From an uncultured archaeon (GTDB lineage: Archaea > Aenigmatarchaeota > Aenigmatarchaeia > CG10238-14 > SCSR01), in contig CAYJVM010000001.1 of the NCBI GenBank assembly GCA_964373665.1, positions 9,546 through 73,545 of the forward strand: a DNA stretch of 64,000 nucleotides, written 5' to 3'. How positions within the stretch are numbered: position 1 is the stretch's first letter; every line of letters begins with the position of its first letter. Positions 54,724-63,314 of this stretch are shown piece by piece. Both the position numbers and the translations under genes were made by a program. The notes beneath the pieces are model-generated. The model was not told where the DNA came from. It searched no databases and saw only the letters and a list, made by a program, of their open reading frames with translations.

Positions 54724-55101
54724 ATGGTTGTACGATATGTATCTAAATTTATTACTGATGTGCAACCAGAAAAACTAAAATCAGAAAGTAAGATCTTTGA
54801 CATCTCAGATAAAATATTTCATCCCCTCAGAATGTTAATACTTTTTGATTTGGCTAAACACAAAGAAGCTTCTTTTCAGGAACTTAAAACTGCAACCCGT
54901 ACGACAGACGGTAATCTTGCAAGCCATCTAAGAGCTTTGGAGGAGAACGGTTTTGTTCGATATAAAAAGGAAATTAATGGAAAGCGTGTTATAACTTTTT
55001 ACCAACTAACAGAGTCTGGAAAAGACGAATTAAATAAACTAATCGAAGTGTTAACCCAACATCTCGAAAAACTTAAAGGTGATTCAGATGACAGATATTA
55101 A
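54724..55101 (+). CDS. Winged-helix (ArsR/TrmB-like) transcriptional regulator
   Basis: LRMLILFDLAKHKEASFQELKTATRTTDGNLASHLRALEENGFVRYKK..GKRVITFYQLTESG. Confidence 0.55.
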   Translation: MVVRYVSKFITDVQPEKLKSESKIFDISDKIFHPLRMLILFDLAKHKEASFQELKTATRTTDGNLASHLRALEENGFVRYKKEINGKRVITFYQLTESGKDELNKLIEVLTQHLEKLKGDSDDRY

Positions 55102-55552
55102 AAAAATATTAGCATGTTTAAACTATTTAGGAGTTTCATCTAATTTGAATTATTTTGCAAAGAGAATGCAAATACAAAAACTTATTTATTTAATACAAAT
55201 TTTTGGTGTAGATTTAGATTATAAATTTAATTGGTATCTTCACGGACCTTATAGTTCACCTTTGACTAAAATATTATTTGAGAATAAAAATATACCACGC
55301 GATTCGAGTAGTCTTACTCAAGGTGAAACTGAAAAATTAAGTAAGTTGAAAGAATTTCTAGGCGAAGATTTGCAATCGTCACATAATTTAGAAATCATAG
55401 TTTCCCTGCATTTTCTATTAATGGTAGGCAAATACCATCATAAAAGCGATAAAGAAATGATCGAACTTTTAAAAGAAAAGAAACCTTTCATTCCTCCAGA
55501 AAAAATAGAGAAATACTATGAAAAGATCAAGAAATTAATAGAAGAAAAATAA
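55079..55552 (+). CDS. Panacea-domain (DUF4065, SocA/PanA-like antitoxin domain) protein
   Basis: IQKLIYLIQIFGVDLDYKFNWYLHGPYSSPL matches the KLqKLLY...W..GPv signature; 23-nt overlap with the upstream wHTH gene. Confidence 0.5.
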   Translation: MIQMTDIKKILACLNYLGVSSNLNYFAKRMQIQKLIYLIQIFGVDLDYKFNWYLHGPYSSPLTKILFENKNIPRDSSSLTQGETEKLSKLKEFLGEDLQSSHNLEIIVSLHFLLMVGKYHHKSDKEMIELLKEKKPFIPPEKIEKYYEKIKKLIEEK

Positions 55553-55586
55553 ACAGTTGACTTTTACTAAAACATACCATTTTAAT

Positions 55587-55718
55587 CTGAAATAAAGTTG
55601 TCGTCTTTTATCCTTATATTTACGTTACTCCGTTTTTCTCTAGCTTTTAATCTTACACCAAACATTTCTGATAAATAGTTCAATTCCTGATACGATGTAG
55701 CCTTCTTTTTCATTAATG
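55587..55718 (-). pseudogene. Duplicated 3'-terminal fragment (~40 codons) of the double-HTH gene at 56598..57242
   Basis: The fragment translates as MKKKATSYQELNYLSEMFGVRLKAREKRSNVNIRIKDDNFISD. The intact C-terminus reads KKKTTSYQELNYLSQVFGIKLKAVEKRNTVNTTIKEISQVSKV. DNA identity is ~80% over ~130 bp. Confidence 0.6.
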
Positions 55719-55749
55719 ATATTTATTTGGATTTAATCAACTTCTATAA

Positions 55750-56403
55750 ATGATTGTAGGCATCGATAGTGCTAATAATTTGACATGCACAGGTATAATA
55801 TCTGGCAACGAATTGGAGATAACCGATTTTTACGAAGAACTTAGAACAATCTTTGCAAAAAGGAAAGTATATCCGCCATTCAAATGGGGCAATCTCACGG
55901 AAAATACTAGAAACTCATGTAAAAATGAGATAGAAGAATTGTTCAATAACCACGATTCCAAACTGAAATTCAACGTATTGTTCCATAAAAAGCCTCTTTC
56001 CATATCCAAAAAGGAAGTTTTGTTTGACATATTGCCAACATCCATTTCGGAAAATCTGGCAGAATGGATTAAAAACATTTCAGGATTTGTTATATTCGAA
56101 ATAGACAATGATTATAATATCAAAAACAAAAATACGCATGATTTCATTGAGAGCTTATTCAAGAGAATTATACCTACTCTTACGGACAAAATAATAACGA
56201 TCAGACGAGAACATGGTGTGCATAAGGTCACTATTAAGAAAAAAGTTGGTCCTAAAGACAGAAGCACAATTCATTTGGCAGGACGGGTTTCCAATGTCAA
56301 AGATTCGAGATCCATTCAGATAATAGACGTAATTCTAGGATATGTATTGAACAGAAAATGCAAATTTAGAAAAGATAAGCTGTATATTAGAACAATTTGT
56401 TGA
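55750..56403 (+). CDS. Hypothetical protein flanked by direct repeats (candidate toxin/effector; possible RNase-H-like fold)
   Basis: MIVGIDSANN.., ..IFEIDNDY.., ..IQIIDVILG resemble D/E/D of RuvC-like folds. This reading is speculative. Confidence 0.35.
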   Translation: MIVGIDSANNLTCTGIISGNELEITDFYEELRTIFAKRKVYPPFKWGNLTENTRNSCKNEIEELFNNHDSKLKFNVLFHKKPLSISKKEVLFDILPTSISENLAEWIKNISGFVIFEIDNDYNIKNKNTHDFIESLFKRIIPTLTDKIITIRREHGVHKVTIKKKVGPKDRSTIHLAGRVSNVKDSRSIQIIDVILGYVLNRKCKFRKDKLYIRTIC

Positions 56404-56597
56404 AAAAATTAAGATTGCTCCTCGCCTGTCGGCAAAGGAGTGAGTTTGTAGGCATTCCCAAGTCAACGCCCATAGGGGTCATAACTTGAGAACTGAAACT
56501 CTAATTATTAATACGGTACAGTAATATATAAAAGCACATCATTCGAAGCCTTTTAAGCTTTTCTGGTAAGCTACTTAAACATTCTAATTTGAGACAG

Positions 56598-57242
56598 TTA
56601 AACTTTTGAAACTTGGCTAATCTCTTTTATTGTGGTGTTAACAGTATTTCTCTTCTCTACAGCCTTTAATTTTATACCAAATACCTGTGATAAGTAATTC
56701 AGTTCTTGATAAGACGTAGTCTTCTTTTTCATCAACTTTAAAACTTCCTTCAACGCTTCTCCATTTTTATCTTGTAAAAAACAAACAGTCACACAAAACT
56801 TGCCCTTAAACAACCTAACCCTCCTGATGTTCAATTGGCTAGTCAAACTTCTTACAGCTCTAAGGTACGAATGTTTTTTCTTAGGCACTATAAAATACCC
56901 TTTATCAGTCAGTTCAGACAACACTTCCATGATAGGAGTACTACCAAACCTTCTGACAGAACCTCTGAGGTCATATGTCAGTAGATAGACAGTCTGTCTG
57001 TGAATCCCGAACATTTTAGCCAGTTCCAGAATATCAGTACCTTCATTAAAGAGTTTCCTTATCTCTTCCTTCTCTTCTGTGGTTAGTCTTCTAATCTGTC
57101 GTGGCAAGTCATCTGTATACCGTAAAACTTGCCATTTTTGGACACCTAGCTTTCTAGATATTTCCAATAGCTTGAAACCTCTTTTGTAGAGTTCTCTGAT
57201 CTGGTTAATGGTCTCGGCAGATAACTGTGATTTTCTAGGCAT
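56598..57242 (-). CDS. Double helix-turn-helix protein (transposase N-terminal-domain-like; no catalytic domain)
   Basis: Two resolvase/Tc1-type HTH repeats: INQIRELYKRGFKLLEISRKLGVQKWQVLRY and KEEIRKLFNEGTDILELAKMFGIHRQTVYLLTY. Confidence 0.45.
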   Translation of the reverse strand: MPRKSQLSAETINQIRELYKRGFKLLEISRKLGVQKWQVLRYTDDLPRQIRRLTTEEKEEIRKLFNEGTDILELAKMFGIHRQTVYLLTYDLRGSVRRFGSTPIMEVLSELTDKGYFIVPKKKHSYLRAVRSLTSQLNIRRVRLFKGKFCVTVCFLQDKNGEALKEVLKLMKKKTTSYQELNYLSQVFGIKLKAVEKRNTVNTTIKEISQVSKV

Positions 57243-57433
57243 GAGAAGAGCTTCTGTAATGCCTTTAAAAGCGATTTCTATACTCCATTATGATTTGGTA
57301 AAATTCGAGCAGAAAAATACTTTATTCTTGAACTCGGAATTTTCAAATTCTGCGTCTATTCGCCCTAAATCTCAAGAATTTGAGCTAGATTGGTAAATAA
57401 TTACTTATAGATCTACTGTTTCATGTTGATTTC

Positions 57434-57988
57434 ATGGCATACTCTTACAGAATGTTAAGGAAACTGATATTGGACAAGATAGCTCCAAATCACGACGCTG
57501 TCATCGAAGGCGGTATAGGAAACAATTTCCAAAGATTCCACTATTTCCGGCAATATGGATACAGAGGCTTGTATTTTGGAGTGGATGTGAAAAGGCCAAA
57601 TGAAGAGATACCAGAAGGCTTGACCTACCTGCAGGCAGACTGTTTCGACGAGGATTCTATGATAAATTACATGCTTGGCTTTAGGGTGAAGAATCCTTTC
57701 TTTGTCACAAATGCGGCTCTGGTCGACTGCCTACTTAACGGTTCCAATAGTTACAGAATGGTTGATGTTGTGGATGCCATGACTTTAATTTGCGGAGCAC
57801 AGATGCATCTGAAACCATTGAAAAACTTTTCGCCGAGAGAATTAAGGAAGTATGCGAGAACCGGTAGTCACACTGAAGATTATAGAAAGTTGGCGGAATT
57901 CCTGGAAGAAAGCAAAAGGGCCGGTTGGGAATATTATATCGAAGGCGGTATAGTCCTGCTCAATAAAAACAACTCTTTTCCAGACTGA
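57434..57988 (+). CDS. Hypothetical protein, possible small Rossmann/SAM-MTase-like fold
   Basis: VIEGGIGNN (G-rich loop) then FGVDV; weak. Confidence 0.3.
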   Translation: MAYSYRMLRKLILDKIAPNHDAVIEGGIGNNFQRFHYFRQYGYRGLYFGVDVKRPNEEIPEGLTYLQADCFDEDSMINYMLGFRVKNPFFVTNAALVDCLLNGSNSYRMVDVVDAMTLICGAQMHLKPLKNFSPRELRKYARTGSHTEDYRKLAEFLEESKRAGWEYYIEGGIVLLNKNNSFPD

Positions 57989-58146
57989 ACGTATAAAAGG
58001 TTTTGCTGCGTTATAGCAATGTAGAATCCATTTAAGCTTTTCCATAGAAACGGCAATACCCCAAAATTTTCTATAGGAAATATAATTGCCTATGAGAATT
58101 TCGTGTAAATTTATAAACTCACAACTACCATAGTTTTTAGATTGTC

Positions 58147-58527
58147 ATGGTGATATGGCACGGTGAATCCGGGAAGAAACCTTCGGGCGGGAAGATAAAG
58201 CTTGTCCGCAAGAAGAGGAAATACGAGCTTGGTGGCTTTCCTGTACACACGCGACTGGGTGAGGAACGCAGGATAAAGACCCGCACAAAAGGCGGGGGTT
58301 CCAAAGTAAAGCTTGTCTCATTATCGTTCGTTAACGTGGTAGATGCGAAGACCAAATCGTCGAAGAAAGTCAAGGTCACGGATGTTGTATCGAACCCCGC
58401 GAATCCTGATTTGGCAAGGAGAAAAGTCGTGACAAAAGGCGCTATTGTGAATACTGAAATAGGCAAGGTAAGAATAACTTCTCGGCCCAGCCAGCACGGC
58501 GTGGCGAACGGAGTGCTGGTAGAGTAA
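58147..58527 (+). CDS. rps8e: Ribosomal protein S8e
   Basis: HGESGKKPSGGKIKLVRKKRKYELGG...TKGAIVNTEIGKVRITSRPSQHGVANGVLVE. Confidence 0.85.
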   Translation: MVIWHGESGKKPSGGKIKLVRKKRKYELGGFPVHTRLGEERRIKTRTKGGGSKVKLVSLSFVNVVDAKTKSSKKVKVTDVVSNPANPDLARRKVVTKGAIVNTEIGKVRITSRPSQHGVANGVLVE

Positions 58528-59178
58528 CTATCTCCTCAATTTTCTCTTGTACGTTTTTGCTTCCTGCGCAACGGCATCTTTAAGGCCTAGTCCAAGAGCC
58601 AGTGCAACTCCCAAACCGACTGTTCCAGTCGCAATCAGCAAAAGGTTCTGCAATAGCAAAGTCTCTATTCCAATCAAAGGCAGGGCCATTATAAAAGATA
58701 TGTAAATGACAAGAAAGAACACAACATTCGCCATAACTTTTGAATATGTGAGCCTTGAATGCTCCATGTGGTGCTTGCTGAATGACGCAATTGCATATCC
58801 GGCCGACACTACAATAACTGCCTTGACGATCTCAGGAAGGACGCCTATCAATTCGCTTGCCGCCATGCTCAAAGGCGGTATTCCCAGCACCTCGATGGCG
58901 GCCTTGATGAAAACTATGTAAATCGACCACGCGGCAATTGTAGACACAAGACTGCTCATCTTGAACGTAGGTTTTTCTATGAACAGCCTCTCCTCTATCT
59001 TGTACCTGGTGATTATGTTCCTCAAAAAGTTTTTGATGAGATGGCCGAACAGCGCCCCTATCGACATGAGAATAAATGCGCCTAGAAGACGCGGCAGGAA
59101 TATCAGAAAAGTGTTCCAATATCCCGCAAGCAACGCTATCAGCGTATCAGATATGCTCTCAAAAGCCATTAGCCTCAA
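58528..59178 (-). CDS. Integral membrane protein of unknown function
   Basis: 216 aa, ~5 TM helices, basic C-terminus. Confidence 0.4.
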   Translation of the reverse strand: MRLMAFESISDTLIALLAGYWNTFLIFLPRLLGAFILMSIGALFGHLIKNFLRNIITRYKIEERLFIEKPTFKMSSLVSTIAAWSIYIVFIKAAIEVLGIPPLSMAASELIGVLPEIVKAVIVVSAGYAIASFSKHHMEHSRLTYSKVMANVVFFLVIYISFIMALPLIGIETLLLQNLLLIATGTVGLGVALALGLGLKDAVAQEAKTYKRKLRR

Positions 59179-59211
59179 ATTAAATTGCGGTTCCGGCTCT
59201 TAAATATGTTC

Positions 59212-60183
59212 TTAAAAGATTGGGATTGTAAGCTTTCCAAGCGTAACCCCGAAGCTGAGAAGCAGAAATGCGATGTAAAGCGACACCAGAAGAACACCTT
59301 CCGGCCTTTCTAATCTTTCCCTGCCTACGAAAATCCACAGAAGCAGGCTGACGCCGAGTAGGTAAACTGCAACGGTGGAGTACGCAGAAAAGTCGAGCAC
59401 AACGGACGGTGATAAAAGGAAAACCGATCCCAATATCAAAGTTATTCCTGTCAAGTTGGATCCAAGCACGCTCCCTATCCCAAGGTTCGTATGTCGACTC
59501 AACGCGCTTCTTATGACAATCATCAATTCAGGGAGGTTGGTCGCAACTGCGAAAATGCTGGAGCCGATTATCAGCTGGGACATTCCAAATATTTCAGCCA
59601 AGTTTATCGCAGACCTAACAGCCACGGAAGCGCTTGCCATGACCACTACCATGCTTATCAGCAACCCCACAACCCACATCTTCTTTAACTTCTGCTTCCG
59701 TTTACCTTTTCCACTTTCCCTGAGTTTCAGCTTTCCTTTTACTGAAGTCCAAATAAACCACGCGTAGAATACAATAAGCATCGCACCGAGAATTTTCAGT
59801 GGCCAATCCGCAATTATAACAAGAAGAGAAATTCCGGCCACGTAGAACAGCATTTTCGACATTTGTTTTAGCGCTTCCTTCCTTATTGCTACCGTCGCGA
59901 TTATCGCCATCAGGCCTATTGAAAATGTCGTATTGTAAACATTCCCCCCCACCAAGTTTCCTATGCTTACGTTCTGGCTGCCTGTTATGATTCCATTCGC
60001 AGCCAAGGTGAATTCCGGGAGATTAGTGAGCAATGAAAGGACTATAAATCCGAAAGCCATCTCACCGATTTTCGTGGCGTTCGCAATGTCTAGTGAATAT
60101 TTCAAAACGAACCTTGATGCGAATGCCATAACTAGCAGGGAACCTGTCAGCAGCACAACCTCCGTAATTGCCTCCATAAACAT
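59212..60183 (-). CDS. CaCA-family cation/Ca2+ exchanger (YrbG-like)
   Basis: Two alpha-repeat motifs: TNLPEFTLAANGIITGSQNVSIGNLVGGNVYNTTFSIG and TNLPELMIVIRSALSRHTNLGIGSVLGSNLTGITLILG. Confidence 0.7.
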   Translation of the reverse strand: MFMEAITEVVLLTGSLLVMAFASRFVLKYSLDIANATKIGEMAFGFIVLSLLTNLPEFTLAANGIITGSQNVSIGNLVGGNVYNTTFSIGLMAIIATVAIRKEALKQMSKMLFYVAGISLLVIIADWPLKILGAMLIVFYAWFIWTSVKGKLKLRESGKGKRKQKLKKMWVVGLLISMVVVMASASVAVRSAINLAEIFGMSQLIIGSSIFAVATNLPELMIVIRSALSRHTNLGIGSVLGSNLTGITLILGSVFLLSPSVVLDFSAYSTVAVYLLGVSLLLWIFVGRERLERPEGVLLVSLYIAFLLLSFGVTLGKLTIPIF

Positions 60184-60244
60184 ATTTGGTTTACAATTAA
60201 TTTAACAACTTGTTTATATCATCAAATGCTCTTTATTAATTCTT

Positions 60245-61966
60245 ATGGTGTTTTTACAAGGTTCCGAATATAAGAAAATAGACAAAGAAATCCGTAAGGA
60301 TTTGAACTATTCTATTGCAGATGGGATGGGAGCATCGATAATGAGTGCTCTAACTTCTGGTGTTTTCCTTGCAGGTTTTGCTATTCTATTGGGTGCAACC
60401 CCCTTGCAGATTGGTATACTATCGTCACTTCCTTTGTTCGCAAACGCATTCCAGATAATAGGCTCTTACTTCATAGAGACAGGCACTAGTAGGAAGTTCG
60501 TCACTGTCACAGGCTCTTTAATAGCAAGACTTCTTTGGGTGTTGATAATGCTAGTGCCGGTTTTTATGTTTCAGAGTAAAATAGCAGTTTGGCTGATAAT
60601 AGCAGTATTTACAATATCTAGCATATGCAGCTCCGCAAGTGGAGTTGCATGGCTTTATTGGACTTCCGACATTGTTCCAAAAAATCTATTAGGCAGGTTT
60701 TTCAGCAGAAGAAATATTTATCTTGGTGTTGGAGGAATTGCAGCAAGTCTGCTTGCAGGATTATTCCTCGATATATGGAAAATCAATCATCCGCCATTGA
60801 GCGGCTTCCTTATACTTTATTCAGTAGCAATTGTTTTTGGCTTGCTTAGTGTCCTATTTTTAGGTTTGATAAAAGACGTCCGAATAAAAGGCAAGCCAGT
60901 CAGCCATAATGTTTTCACAGACTTGGTACAAAGACCTTATAGGGACAGTAATTTCAGGAAACTTGTAAGGTTCGGAATTTTCTGGGGATTTGCCGTTGGT
61001 CTAGCTGGACCGTTCTTTATTGTGTATATGTTAAAGGTGATCAACCTGGATTATTTGGTTGTTGTAGCATTGGAAACTCTTTTCGGTGTAAGCGGTTTGC
61101 TATCATTGAAAATTTGGGGCAAGGTTGTTGACAAGTATGGAGCCAAACCAGTTCTTGTAATCTGCACTTTTCTAATAGCACTTTACCCGCTCTTTTACAT
61201 TTTCCTTAGAAAGTCAGATTACCTTTTATTGTTTCCTATTAACGCCGTGGTAGGAGTCGCATGGGCTGGAACAGATTTCACGACAACACAGTTGCTTTTG
61301 AGAATCTCTCCACGTGAGAATAAATCAGTTTACATGTCATCGTTTGCCGCTGCAACAGGCCTTGCTTTTGCGGCTGCAGCCATAATTGGTGGCATACTCG
61401 CAACTTACGTAATTAATTTGTCGTATACAATAAGTTTCGTCACATTGTACGGGTTACATATCTTATTTCTGGTTGCAGCAATTTTACGGCTTTGGAGCAG
61501 CACTTTAATTAAAAGTGTAAAAGAACCTATGTCTGGTAATGTCAGATCTGTAATTTCACATTTGAAACAGGACAGAGTAATGAACATTTTCATAAACTTC
61601 TACCAGTTTAGTCAGCTGTCATTCAGCCTTATCACTTTGCCGTTGATTTATAGTGCAAAAGCCTTCCAAGAAGGTCAAAAGGTTTTGAATCAATTGCGCC
61701 GGCGAACTCGTAGAGCTTTAAGGGATTTGGACAGTATTATGAAATCGCCATGGATATATAAGAATAAAGAATTGAATAGACTCGCTTCAAGCTTGAAAGT
61801 TGTAGGAAAGGAAATCGGAAGATTAGAAGAAGATATAGAATATGCCTCCGATGAAACTGTTTTAGGGACTATAAGGTCTGAAACTGAAAAATCAATTAAA
61901 CATGTGGCAAAGATAGAGAAAATGCTCAACGCAATAAGAAAGCGTAAAAGGAAAGTTGGCAAGTAG
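60245..61966 (+). CDS. MFS transporter with a C-terminal coiled-coil extension
   Basis: 12 predicted TM helices followed by a ~100-aa charged helical tail. Confidence 0.6.
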   Translation: MVFLQGSEYKKIDKEIRKDLNYSIADGMGASIMSALTSGVFLAGFAILLGATPLQIGILSSLPLFANAFQIIGSYFIETGTSRKFVTVTGSLIARLLWVLIMLVPVFMFQSKIAVWLIIAVFTISSICSSASGVAWLYWTSDIVPKNLLGRFFSRRNIYLGVGGIAASLLAGLFLDIWKINHPPLSGFLILYSVAIVFGLLSVLFLGLIKDVRIKGKPVSHNVFTDLVQRPYRDSNFRKLVRFGIFWGFAVGLAGPFFIVYMLKVINLDYLVVVALETLFGVSGLLSLKIWGKVVDKYGAKPVLVICTFLIALYPLFYIFLRKSDYLLLFPINAVVGVAWAGTDFTTTQLLLRISPRENKSVYMSSFAAATGLAFAAAAIIGGILATYVINLSYTISFVTLYGLHILFLVAAILRLWSSTLIKSVKEPMSGNVRSVISHLKQDRVMNIFINFYQFSQLSFSLITLPLIYSAKAFQEGQKVLNQLRRRTRRALRDLDSIMKSPWIYKNKELNRLASSLKVVGKEIGRLEEDIEYASDETVLGTIRSETEKSIKHVAKIEKMLNAIRKRKRKVGK

Positions 61967-61995
61967 TTTTAATTTGTTTAAATTAAATTGAGTTT

Positions 61996-62757
61996 ATGAT
62001 TGATAGTCACTGCCACCTTGAGCAAAAAGAATATTTTAATGATTTGGACGGTGTTATTCAGTCGTGCAAGAAAGGAGGGTTGAAAGCTGTTGTGACCAGC
62101 TGTCCTGACCCGAGGGATTTTGATAGGTCTTTGGAAATTGTCAATGCGCATCCAGAATATGTCTTCCTATGCTCGTCAATACACCCGCAATTTATCAAAG
62201 AGTTCACAGCCAAGCAGGTTGATGAATATTTTGACAGGTTGAAAGCGAACAAGAGCAAGTTAGTTGCTGTAGGAGAGTGTGGTTTGGACTTTTTTTGGAT
62301 AAAGGAAGAAGAGTGGAGAGAAAAGCAGAAAGATCTATTTATTCAGCACATTGAATTGTCTAGGAAATTGAAACTACCCCTAGTGATTCATTCGAGGGAT
62401 GCTTGGGAAGACGTCTTGAAAATTTTGGAACAGGAAGACACCAGAAAGGTACTGCTCCACTTCTGGGGAGGCAAAGAATTCACGCATCGTGTTATAGAAA
62501 ACAATTATTCCATAACGATAGGACCGGTAATAGCGAAGAGCAAAAGCTATAAGAAAATCGCCTGCGATTTTCCCATTGAAAATATTTTGCTTGAAACAGA
62601 TTCTCCGTGGTTTGGAGCAAACGGTGAAAGAGGTATACCGACCAACATAAGAGTGCCATGTGAGGAAATAGCCGAGGTTAAGAAATTGGAATTCAAAGAA
62701 GTTTGGGAGAAGTGTGGTAACAATGCGGAGAAGTTTTTCAATTTGGATTTAAAGTAA
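61996..62757 (+). CDS. tatD: TatD-family metal-dependent hydrolase (DNase)
   Basis: MIDSHCHLE...GECGLD...HSR...; 253 aa. Confidence 0.75.
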   Translation: MIDSHCHLEQKEYFNDLDGVIQSCKKGGLKAVVTSCPDPRDFDRSLEIVNAHPEYVFLCSSIHPQFIKEFTAKQVDEYFDRLKANKSKLVAVGECGLDFFWIKEEEWREKQKDLFIQHIELSRKLKLPLVIHSRDAWEDVLKILEQEDTRKVLLHFWGGKEFTHRVIENNYSITIGPVIAKSKSYKKIACDFPIENILLETDSPWFGANGERGIPTNIRVPCEEIAEVKKLEFKEVWEKCGNNAEKFFNLDLK

Positions 62758-62758
62758 T

Positions 62759-63301
62759 TTATTTCGACATTTTCAAGATTGATTCCAACACAACAGGCAA
62801 TTCTGTTACACCGTGGTCACCAGCGAAATGCTTCAAGCTGTGCTGCACAGTCACGGTTGCATTTAACTTTTCCTTGAAAATATCACCATAGTGCATCGAA
62901 ACATATGGGTCGTCATCAGAATGGATTGCAATGAAGTTTTTACAATGCGACTTTATTTTCTTCCACTCAATAGGCTTTCTAAAAAAACTTTTGATTTCAT
63001 CATATCCTAAATCAGATGCGAATCCAGCTACAAGGACGGCCCCTTTAATTTTCTGGCCTTCTTTTAATGATTCCAGATATCGCAAGATAGTCATGCATCC
63101 GAGGCTGTGTCCAACTAAATAGCATTCTTTGTCGGGAATTATCGTATTCTTCAAACATCCTAACCATTTGTCCATTTTAGGGTGCTTTGAATCTGGAAGT
63201 TTAGGAACAATAACTTTGAAACCTCTATTCTCAAGTTCGTTCTTTAGCCATGGCATCCAATCTCTTTCCGGCGAACCTTCCCACCCGTGTATTATGTACA
63301 C
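62759..63301 (-). CDS. RBBP9/YdeN-family alpha/beta serine hydrolase
   Basis: YIIHGWEGSPERDWMPWL and nucleophile elbow GHSLG. Start moved to GTG 63301 so it does not overlap the aRF1 gene. Confidence 0.6.
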   Translation of the reverse strand: MYIIHGWEGSPERDWMPWLKNELENRGFKVIVPKLPDSKHPKMDKWLGCLKNTIIPDKECYLVGHSLGCMTILRYLESLKEGQKIKGAVLVAGFASDLGYDEIKSFFRKPIEWKKIKSHCKNFIAIHSDDDPYVSMHYGDIFKEKLNATVTVQHSLKHFAGDHGVTELPVVLESILKMSK

Positions 63302-63314
63302 TCTCTTAATATTA

